DNA of 64,000 bases, from assembly GCF_000143415.4 (NCBI RefSeq), contig NW_003314262.1, positions 1,835,732 through 1,899,731 of the forward strand. The letters are read 5' to 3'. Source of the stretch: Selaginella moellendorffii (lineage: Eukaryota; Plantae; Lycopodiophyta). Position 1 is the stretch's first letter, and each line of letters starts with the position of its first letter. Position numbers and translations under genes: made by a program. Positions 36,110 through 45,830 of the stretch are shown here, one piece after another. The notes under the pieces are model-generated. The model had not been told where the DNA came from. It saw only the letters and a program-made list of their open reading frames with translations, and did no database searches.

Positions 36110-38098
36110 TAAACCTTACATTATCTTTCTATTCGGAAGATGAAAAGGTGATGATAATAAGTTAGGTGGAACATCTAAAGCTTCTGTTGGGCGATTATAA
36201 ACTACCAGAAGAATCTAAAGCTTCTACAAAACCACCAATAAAGTTGCTGATAAGCATGATTGAAACAAAACCCAAAGCTATAACATAAGCACCGATCGAT
36301 TATGGAATCCCGTTCAATCAGTTATAATTTTATATGCAACAACTAAACGCTTAAACTAAATTTGAAACTATAACATTAAACCAAAGCAAGGGACTTCAAG
36401 AACCACTATAATCTATGAAATGCCATTGCAACAATTAATACTTCCCACATTTAAATTTGCCCATTAATAATCCTTTAAGACCACTATTAGTTTAGTCTTA
36501 GGACTATAAGTAAAACAACCATCTTCCTCATTTAGCACCCTACATGAGAGGTTGAACTCACTCTGCCATTTATGTTCAACCTCACTCCACTATTGCATTT
36601 GTTCAGCTTCACTATGTTGGGGTTAAATATTCTATTCAGACTCACTATACTCATTCTCATTCTATAATCCATGTTGTTTATCCTCACTCCACTATTGTAT
36701 TCGCTTATCTTCACATCATTGTTAGGGTTGGACTCCTGTCTGTCCCCTCTTCCCCCTCCTCCGAAGAAAAAAAGTTTTGAAGTGTTGGGGCAGAAAGAAA
36801 AAAATGAAAAAATATTGAGGAAAAACAATTGTAAAAGAAGAAAAAGTGGATAAAGAAGTATCAGAAGAGGAATTTGTATCAACTGACAATGTAGAAATAG
36901 GAAATCAAAAAGACATCTACTCAAATCTTGGAAAAATACTTTGGCCAACACAATATAAGTAAAAGATTCACACTGCTCAACTTCCTTAACACACAACTCA
37001 ACACTTGAGATGAGAAAATTAATAACAACATTCACACTCTTAAGGGAATAGATAAATTCCTCAACAATAACGGTAAAACAAAGACTTTCAATGACACTTA
37101 TAAATAGGGACATACATTTAATCTGAAACTCTAGCCAAAGTGACTCAACCTTTGGAACAAAAGAAAACTCAGCACTAGAATTGATTAAAGACGTTGCCAA
37201 TGAAACAAAAGCAAGATTTTCAATTTCATGCACACACTCAACATCTAAATTAATATGAGGAAGATAAAAAACATTCAACTCAACACTGGATTGAGAATAA
37301 GAATCATAAGAGTCATAAATGATCAATGTGCCAAGAGAAGAAAACACTATAGATGAGGAAGAAATACTAAAAACATGAAAAGGTGGTTCAAACTAAGAAA
37401 TAAAAAAAAGTTAAGAAAGAATAAAAGGTAAAAAGAAAGGATCAAATGGCAAATTGAAGGATTAACACTTACCCTGTGAAATTTCCAACTCATCTTCAAA
37501 GTTATCTTTATAATAATTAAACTCTTCATCACAATCCAGAATCCATTCAAATTCATAAACATCGTCTTCCCATAAACTTGATCCTTAAACATTCTCCAAA
37601 AACCAGACTATATTATCTATAACTTCAGAAGTTAGAAACGGCAATGCAGCATCAATATAATCACACCTCACAGCACTAAAAGTTCAATCTAATAAAATAG
37701 CATTAACAGCTTTAAGTGATATACTTTTTAATTGATGACGGTATAGTATGGTAGAAGAAGAGGACGTAATGAAGATCCAAAAAAAGGATAGATCTAAATA
37801 CAATGATAGTTAAAGTTCTAAATCTTGCAAAAAATTAATACAAATTTAGATCTAAAAGAAAATGAAAAAATAAAAACAAAAAGCATGATCCCAAACATTA
37901 AAACCAAATTGCAATGCCCTTCACCTCCACTAATGTGAGTGCTCAAAATATAAGAATAGTTATATTAATTGGGGTTTAAACCTTTGCTTATATACAAAAA
38001 TGAATGGACCAAATTCAATCCCAAATGAACAATCCATATGCTATAGTACTATAGTTAAGATATTATCTAGCCATGGTAATACATACACGTACTTTACA
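35911..38098 (-). mobile_element. Degenerate non-autonomous LTR element related to family E; LTRs 35911-36120 and 37934-38098
   Basis: Direct repeats TGTGAGTGCT...TTACA; PBS-like TAGTGGAGGTGAAGGGCA (reverse complement, about 37915-37932) resembling tRNA-Ala; decayed PPT; possible 4-bp TSD AATT; no recognisable gag or pol. Confidence 0.7.
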
Positions 38099-38238
38099 AA
38101 TTGTAATTATGTTTTATTAGAAAATTTTAGTGTTCAAGGCTGAATAAGCACTGAACAAGCAATTGCTTTAGATCATCCACATTTCAAATTGTAGTCTTGA
38201 GATATCACTCTTTGAGCCAAGCTTGATTGCCTGGGGCA

Positions 38239-38322
38239 GGAGGGTCAGCCACACCAAGTGCGGCTGGGATCGTAGACATGGGAGGGTCGGCCATGCCAAG
38301 TGCGGCTGCGATCATCGACGTG
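38239..38322. repeat. Two-copy 42-bp tandem repeat
   Basis: GGAGGGTCAGCCACACCAAGTGCGGCTGGGATCGTAGACATG / GGAGGGTCGGCCATGCCAAGTGCGGCTGCGATCATCGACGTG. Confidence 0.8.
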
Positions 38323-38668
38323 ACCGCGGCAATCCAGCCTTGACCTGAAAATCGTTGACTCCTTCACAAAAACATGATCACGGACTGCTTCTCCCATTTT
38401 ATGTCGCTCTTGCCATTTTCCTGACTCGTCGGGTTGCTTTAATCATATCTCTCATGGACAGTTGTATATAATAAAGAAAGCTAACCCTGCACCGAGATCT
38501 GTCTTTTCTTCCTGCTTCCTTCAATCTACGGGTTGTTAGGCATGCATGCAGACCGACTGGAGATTGTCTCTACGGTTGAAGCCTGGAGATTGAGGCGGCG
38601 CACGCTTGTTGGAAGAATTGCAGATCGCCACGTTGAAGAGGAAGTATTTCCCATAATATGCCAGATTT

Positions 38669-41600
38669 TTGCCCATATTTGCAACAGGAAACAGAATGGC
38701 AATGGCGCAGCTCAACAAGGCGCTGTGGTGCGACCGGGAGATCTTCGCCACCGGAGGTGAGATTGACGTAGCAAAGTTTCGGATGCCAGCATCGCTGCAT
38801 GTGGAGGGTGCCGAGAGGATCAGTCTTCCACTTTCGCCGCTAGGTCTCGCCAAGATAAAGTCCGTGTCCCAGCAAGCTCCATACGGCCTTGGGGAGAGAA
38901 CTCTCGTCGACACAGATGTGAGGCGAGCTTGGCAGATCAATCCCGACAGGGTCTCTTGCCCCGAGGTTCCAAACTTCTTCTCGACGGTGCCTCGCGACTT
39001 GGCCGCCCATGGACTCGCCGCCATGGGGCTGGATTCCACTGCTCTGGAGCTCGACGTCAAGCTCTACAAGCTGCTGCTCTACGAGGCTGGTGGCCACTTC
39101 AAGTTCCACAGGGACACGGAGAAGGAAGATGGCATGTTTGCGACCATGATCTTGCAACTTCCGACGAGCACCGGACACAGCGGCGGGGCTCTCGCCGTCC
39201 GCCAGGGACGGCAGGGCTGCGAGTTTGATTTCTCGGACGGGAGCTCCAGCCACTACTTCTCGACGATCTTCTTTTGTGACTGTGAGCACCTCCTCAAGGA
39301 GGTGACGAGCGGGTTGAGGTTGTGCCTGGTTTTTAGCCTGGTGAGGAACAACGTGGAGTTTATACCCGCGGAGAACGTCCCGTCGTTCGTCTCGGCTCTT
39401 CCCCGAGTGAGAGCTCTCTTCCAGCAATGGGCTGCTGACACTGGTGATGATCAAGCAGATCAAGCAGAAGGTAATGATAACGAAGCAGAAGGTGATGATA
39501 TAGAAGACGATGACATGAGAGACGATGATGACGAAGAGGATGATGATGACGAAGACCATAGCGATGATGATGGTGTTCGTGTTCAAGACGTCAGCAATAG
39601 TGACAGGAAGGGTCGTAAGCTACTGGCGGTTCCTTTGGCTCACAAGTACTCAAAGGCGAGCCTGTCTTTCGCGGGGCTCAAGGGTCACGACCGCGTGGTG
39701 GCCGCTCTCGTGAGAGCTTGCGAGTTTCTAGAGCTTCATCTCTGCATGCTCACCAAGCACAAGACCGTGGCGGACGAGCCCGAGGTCGAGTACGTGATTC
39801 ACAATTGGATCACGGTGGACGACCAGCCAGCAAAGTTTAAGAAGTGGAACATAGACATCAAGCAAGAAATTCTCAGGGCCTCTCGGACAAAGACCGCTAT
39901 CGATGCTGATTATGACGACGAAGACGCTGACGCGATTCGCGAGATTGACTTGTTTGATTTCCTCGAGGACGAGTTCCAAGGAACCGGGATGATGGCTGGC
40001 AACGAAGGTGGAACTGATCAGTACTTCTATCACGTAGCAGTGCTCGTGGTTTGGCCCAAGGACAGCTTCATGAGAACGATCTGCTCGTCGTTGGAGGACG
40101 TAGCGTGGGTGCTGGACTGGATGAGAGAAACTTATGGCGGTGACTTTGCAGCTCCTGGATCACCGTCGAGGGGACACTTGCAAGAGATGGTCACGTCTTT
40201 GACACACCGGTTTGATTCGCTTGCTTCGCTTCTCCAAGCGAGCTATTCAATTTACAACTCTGAGGAGAGACAAAAGGTCCTCCAAGCTCCGGGAAAGCTG
40301 CTCGAAGTTTGCGTCAAGTCTGGGCTTAGCGACGAGGCGCTGTCGATCATGAGGAGCTGGGGTGTGGAGCTGATAGACACCAAGGAATTCGCCATTACCG
40401 TGCAAGCTTACGGCTGGGAGGCTTGCAAGGAGATCGTTACCGGAGTCATAGAGCGCGTTGCCGGTGAAGCTGCGATGAAGCTGGGAGGTTTTCCTTCGCG
40501 GCTGCGGGATGGGGTCGGGTATCAGGACGGAGCCATTGTAGCTGCAAAGCTGCTGTGTGCCAAGCTCATGGCGAACTTGACCGGGATCGAGGTCCAGGGT
40601 GGTATGAAATGGAAAAGAGATGGGATCATGCTCTTGATCGAGTTTTGCCTCGAAGCTGGGCTCCAGGAGGAGGCCTCGCAGATCCTCGGCAAGCTAACTC
40701 TCCAGAGGCTGTGCGGCGGAACGCTGGCCAAAGTGATGCATTTTTTTCCGAGCCGCACCGGCGAAGTGGAGAGAACATGGGACGAAAGGAAGAAGGTGGC
40801 GGAGGATAGAAAGCTGGAGGAAGAGGAAGCGAAAGCGAAAGTGGAAAAGGCAAACCGTGGTTATGGCTATGCCGGGTCCGGTTTGAAGAAAGGCAAGAGC
40901 TCGGAAGAGCTGTGTGAGGCGTACGTGGGCGACATGGTGGAGTTTATGCTGGAGCTAGAATCGCTGGGACGCCTCGATGAAGCGCTGGGTTTTGCTGCCA
41001 GGCCTTTTCCTTGCGACTATGCTGCACGGAAGTTCACGGATCCGGGAAGGGGCAGTCTGGAAGAGCACTGGATTGTGGTTGCGCTGCTGCTAAAGCCCGA
41101 GGTCTTGCTGGCCAAGTCGGGCGAGCACAACGATTGTGTTGCGATCAAGACGATTCGAAAGGCCGCGGGCTTGGTTGACTTGAAGAACAACGAGGCGGCC
41201 AAAACGGTGGTAGTCAAGCTTTGCAAGGACGAGGTGGTGACCGCGGCCGATCTAGCGGAGACGAGTTCCTGGATTGAATACCACGGTGCCACCTCCAGCG
41301 GCATACAGAAGGATCGATCGTATTTAAGCCAGGAGGAGAAGGTGTACAAGACTTGGGAGAAGCAGAAGAAGTTCTTCGAGTTCTTGCTATGGCTGGAGGA
41401 CGAGGAGCTGCTGGAAGCGATGGTGGAGTGCGTGAGTAAGAGGGCGAATCTTTTGAGGAGGATGCTGGAGAGGGAGGAGGGGCTCGTGAACGAGGCCGTG
41501 AAGCTTGGCGATGGCGTGAAGAGGGCGATGAAGAAGCTTGTGGAGGTGAGGATGGAGTATGTGTCGAGGGAGCCGAGCTTGGGCGACGTGGTGGAGAGCT

Positions 41601-41776
41601 TGACGCCGGCGTCCAAGAGGCTCAAGCTCTGCGGCCAAGTCGATGTTCGCCAGGCGATTGACAATCCTCGGCAGCAGCGGCGAGTTTACGAGATGGTGGT
41701 GGAGAATTGGAAGGGCGATAGTGCCGCGAGATCGATCGAGATGGAGAAGCTTCAAGCGCTCCACCAAATGCTTTGA
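38669..41776 (+). CDS. 2OG-Fe(II) oxygenase-domain protein, copy 2 (first ATG 38696; an upstream exon is possible via the acceptor at 38688)
   Basis: Paralogue of 11142-14297 with the same HxD...H...R motifs and an intact ORF. Confidence 0.85.
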   Translation: MPIFATGNRMAMAQLNKALWCDREIFATGGEIDVAKFRMPASLHVEGAERISLPLSPLGLAKIKSVSQQAPYGLGERTLVDTDVRRAWQINPDRVSCPEVPNFFSTVPRDLAAHGLAAMGLDSTALELDVKLYKLLLYEAGGHFKFHRDTEKEDGMFATMILQLPTSTGHSGGALAVRQGRQGCEFDFSDGSSSHYFSTIFFCDCEHLLKEVTSGLRLCLVFSLVRNNVEFIPAENVPSFVSALPRVRALFQQWAADTGDDQADQAEGNDNEAEGDDIEDDDMRDDDDEEDDDDEDHSDDDGVRVQDVSNSDRKGRKLLAVPLAHKYSKASLSFAGLKGHDRVVAALVRACEFLELHLCMLTKHKTVADEPEVEYVIHNWITVDDQPAKFKKWNIDIKQEILRASRTKTAIDADYDDEDADAIREIDLFDFLEDEFQGTGMMAGNEGGTDQYFYHVAVLVVWPKDSFMRTICSSLEDVAWVLDWMRETYGGDFAAPGSPSRGHLQEMVTSLTHRFDSLASLLQASYSIYNSEERQKVLQAPGKLLEVCVKSGLSDEALSIMRSWGVELIDTKEFAITVQAYGWEACKEIVTGVIERVAGEAAMKLGGFPSRLRDGVGYQDGAIVAAKLLCAKLMANLTGIEVQGGMKWKRDGIMLLIEFCLEAGLQEEASQILGKLTLQRLCGGTLAKVMHFFPSRTGEVERTWDERKKVAEDRKLEEEEAKAKVEKANRGYGYAGSGLKKGKSSEELCEAYVGDMVEFMLELESLGRLDEALGFAARPFPCDYAARKFTDPGRGSLEEHWIVVALLLKPEVLLAKSGEHNDCVAIKTIRKAAGLVDLKNNEAAKTVVVKLCKDEVVTAADLAETSSWIEYHGATSSGIQKDRSYLSQEEKVYKTWEKQKKFFEFLLWLEDEELLEAMVECVSKRANLLRRMLEREEGLVNEAVKLGDGVKRAMKKLVEVRMEYVSREPSLGDVVESLTPASKRLKLCGQVDVRQAIDNPRQQRRVYEMVVENWKGDSAARSIEMEKLQALHQML

Positions 41777-41899
41777 CGATCTGGTTCTTCCTTTTGCTCT
41801 ATTCTCTTTCCTAAAATTTTCGTAAAATATACATCATTTCAAGTCAAACAAACAAGTCTCTAGCCTTTGACAAAGAGTTTGGATCTTTGACGTGAATAT

Positions 41900-42906
41900 C
41901 TAGAGCAAACCCAGCCAGCCATCGATCTCACAGCGGCACGCCGCGGGCTCACCAATGAGCGGCCGTCCAGCGTGAAACTCGACAATCAACTTGGCGAAGT
42001 TCCCAAGATCGTAGAGCAAGTAATGGAAGTACGCCAGCCGGTGCATCCCTCTCTGCCTCATGAATGCCGTCCCGCCATGTCCACCCTCGCAGGCCAGGCA
42101 AGTGCTCTTCCCACCCATCGAGAACTTGAGCTGGTTTCGGCCCGCCACGTATCCTGGAGCCGGCCACGCTTCGTTGTCCTCGCTGAAATCCATGTCCTCC
42201 TGGAAACCAAGTTGAGAAAGAGAATATAGAAAGAATGAAACAAGGAGAGGATCTCGAGCGAAGTACCTGGCCCTGGAGGATGATGCGTTGGAACTCACGG
42301 ACAGTCTCCCTAGTGACATACGTCTCGTAAAACACTGTCTTCTCGTCACCTTTGCACGGCCTCGAGGTGTAGCGAGCCGCGGCACGAAACCTCCCGTCGG
42401 AGCGCACTGCATACTCGAGCAGATAGTGGCCGCGTTCCCTCTTGACGCTGAACGAGAAGCCATCATCGCCATCTTCTTCAAGTTCTTCTTCTTTCTTTTC
42501 TCCAGGCTCCGGGGGATTTGCCTGGCACAGCCATCCGGCACGGATCTGCTTGCCCTCCACGGTCGACCCATCAAGCTGAGTAATGGTTTTGCGAGCCTGT
42601 GTGTCGTCGTCGCACTTGATGATCCCGTAGCCAACGTTGAGGCCCGTGGACATTGTGGTCGCTATCTCGATCTGGTCGGGTGTCAAGCCGTCAAAGCAGC
42701 CCGCATAGTCCTCGGGAAGTCCAGTCACCAGGACCAATCCCCCAGTTCCTGCGTGACAAACGAGCATAGTATTTGATTCCAAGAAAAGGATGGGCCTTAC
42801 CGGATGAGCAGTGAAAGTCCTCGTCTTGTAAGAGCAAGCTCCACTGCTCGACGACATGATTCACGTCCTTTGGAAGCCTCCTTATTCTCGCAAGCAGCCT
42901 CTCCAT
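41900..42906 (-). CDS. Y14/RBM8-like RRM fused to a divergent Mago nashi domain (295 aa); exons 42906-42801, 42748-42267, 42199-41900
   Basis: GT-AG introns 42749-42800 and 42200-42266 give one frame. RRM: GLVLVTGLPED...STGLNVGYGIIKC...ARKTITQLDGSTVEGKQIRAGW. Mago: GHYLLEYAVRSDGRFR, ETYVTRETVREFQRII, SEDNEAWPAPGYVAGRNQLKFSMG, LAYFHYLLYDLGNFAKLIVEFH. TATA-like TTTATAAA about 35 bp upstream. Confidence 0.8.
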
Positions 42907-43149
42907 GCCCCAAAACCTAGGCCCGCAGCCGTCGGATTTATAAACTCTCAACCGTCCAAAAGGTATAACGACGAAAAAATTATGTACAGCCCCAAGACTC
43001 TGTCAAAAGGAAACAAACGTAAGAAAGGAAAACAAACACAGAACTCTTCACCTGATTTACGATGTTGCAGTATTTATGTTGATGTCCTCAAGTCCCCCTA
43101 ACTTGATGCTGGAGGGTGAAACAAGCCATTTGAGAAGTGAAAAGTAAGT

Positions 43150-45688
43150 TCAGATACCTGAGGCGTGCACAGGATATCGACACAAGGGACAGCTGAGCTT
43201 CGGCCACTGAGGTGGTGACTCCCCATTGAAGTCAGCATCTAATGCATGCATCGACTCCTGACGCATCCAAGACATGAAACAGGATGTGTGTCCGTGATGA
43301 TTACAAGGCAGCACCGTCACCAATTCTCCTGGAGCACCAAACTTGTTGCACATACAGCAGTACATTTGTAGTACGTTGTCTCGCTGTTCTGCCGGCTCAA
43401 GAGGCGCTGTATGCTGTAACAAAATATAACTATTATTCACGATTCGTTTCAAAAAGAGTGCATACCTGCTGTTCCAGAGCTCTAAAAGCTGACAGAACCA
43501 ATTCAGCCTGTTCGATAATTCTCGAAAAGTTATTGCAGAAGAGTCTTGGAATAGACTCGGTTGGTGCTTCTGCCAGCATTAGAGTTTCAACTTTGCGACC
43601 ATAGGCATCAGACATATGTCGTATGGCTCTGTTAAAAGGAAAAAAACCTCATTAAAATGCTGTGTCAATGATGAGTTACCTGTTTATAAGAGCACAAGCT
43701 GGTTCAAAGGTCGCGACAATCAAAATATTAGGAACGTCACCCCAACCGCTAAACATGATCTCTTTTCGTCTTGTGAGATATTCCTTCCTAACCGCAAAGC
43801 GGTTTGCTTGAGTATAGAGTCTTATGAAATTGGTAACAGCCTGGGTTGAGAGCTTTAGCACCCCTAAAGAACAAAATTGTGAACACATTAGTTTTCAAGA
43901 ACTCTGTACTTACTTGGACGAGCCATATGGGCGCACATCAAGTGCAAGAGATCCAATGGTTTCACCAGGGAGCCAGGACGGTATGGTAGATATGTACTCT
44001 CCAACTGAGACATCGTGCTCCATTGCTGCTGTTTCCAAGTTTCTATCAGCATCCTCTCTGGCGTTTCTTCATGACTAAGACTTATCAGCATACGATTGAC
44101 ACGATCTGGGAGTGGCAAAAGTAGTTTTGTCACCACTCTTGGTGAGTTTTCTGCAAAAACTTTGCAGCCTTTTAGAAAATCACAATTATTCACATAGCAG
44201 CCTACCTGCTGTGAGGACGACGATAGTTTTGCCTTGTAAGATGTGAAGACTCTTTGGTGCCAGACAGAGTGCACAAGGAGCTGTGTGATCACTTACAAAA
44301 CTCGTGTTGTCACCAGGTAACACTCCGAAAAACTGTAGCTGCTGTAGAAGAACCTCAACTACAAGTGAGCCCGTTGATAGTAAGCTTATCACGCCAGTAT
44401 CGATGTCCGGTAAATTCTTCATTAGCACGTGCTGTGTTTCAGGCGCTGAAGAAAACTCGAACGGAAGCTCGCAAGAAAACACGAGATAGTCATGAAACAA
44501 GCCATGACAAGAAATTCTTGCTGCACCCAATTTGTAATCAAGGAAAAGACCTCGGTACAAAGTCACGTTACCAGGGAATAAGTATCAAAAAGACATACCA
44601 TTCAAAGAAGTGAGAGGCAAAAAGACGTTTGCATTCTGTCGTAGCATCTCCCGATATTCTAGATTGGTCTGGCCGTGTATAATCGCTGAAAATACCTGCA
44701 GGGCGAGCAACTTCTTTTAGAACTGTAGTTCCAAATTGTGAGAGAAAAAGTGTTTATACCACTCAAGGAAGTGCGGGCGAGGTAGATGTTTGCATGCTGT
44801 TGCAGCAAGTCCGGATATTTTTGATTGATCTGGCCGGGAAAATCACTTCTCAACTCCCAAGTGTCTAAGACTAAATATGAGAAAGAACAAAGATAAATCA
44901 GTCGAGAAGAAAAGCTTTTGGGTGTCTACTCACTGCATGGCGGCTCTCGGTAGCGCTCCGTTAAACTCCATCCCATTTGCGGTGCCAGCAAGTTCCTCGA
45001 GCCCTTCAAAACCACGATAAAAAAAGACCGTCAAGAGGACATAGCAACTACTACTCTATCGCTCCTAGATCCAGACTCCTACTCATAATGCTCTCTGTTC
45101 TTCCAAAAGATTCAGCTTACTTGGGATGCTAGATGACGGTGTAAGAATTTGTAGATTGTCCACTCCGGAGCAAAGCCAGTTTCCGAAACAGCGCGTTCCT
45201 TTCCAGCATAAAATGAGTCACAGAATACTACACACCATCATCTTACCTGATGGAGTCTGTAGTAGAAGCGATCGACTTTCAGGCTGTCGATGAGAGCAGC
45301 GTCGCAAGGTTCGGCACATCCAAAGTGCGATTCTTTCCAGCAAGAAAGTGGATTGCTAAGAAGAACACGAGAAAAGCTGTACCTCGGAGCGTTCCCTGTA
45401 GAAGGGCCATGGATCCCAGGACACGATCTTCAAGATTTCCGCGATGCCATTTGATTTCGGATCCAATGGAGCCTCCTATCCAGAGAAAGATGGAGACACG
45501 CGAAGAAACGGAGAAATATGGAGAAGGGGCAAGATTTCGGGAGATTTCACCTCAGAATCTCGACGAGGCCTGTACAAGAAGCGATCGCCGAGCGCTGCAT
45601 TGCCGATCCCGAGCATTGTATTGCCGATTTCCGGATCATTCGGATCATCCGCAGCGGGCGCGCTCTCCTCCATTCCCTCCTCCCCCAT
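43150..45688 (-). CDS. Multi-exon protein with a C-terminal RING-H2 finger (putative E3 ligase)
   Basis: CCMC...LPCNHHGHTSC...W...CPLCR in the last exon; spliceable 5' exons MGEEGMEES...RRDSE|EAPLDPKSNGIAEILKIVSWDPWPFYRERSE; internal exon joins not fully resolved. Confidence 0.65.
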
Positions 45689-45830
45689 TTCAAACTAAAA
45701 CCCTAACCCCCGGGGTATATTAAATGCCTTTATCTTTTGATGGCTTAGGTTAGGTTAAAGAGCAAAATTAAAGGTCACGAAATAATTACAACAAAAGCTT
45801 CTTCCATTGAGAGTTATCGATCGAGTTTCT

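Noticed and set aside
36532-37347. 271-aa hydrophobic ORF as an env-like gene
   Set aside because: AT-biased decayed element sequence whose composition explains the hydrophobicity; no motifs seen.
41949-42857. 302-aa unspliced ORF as the real product
   Set aside because: It reads through two clear introns and loses Mago similarity after 42267; the spliced model fits better.
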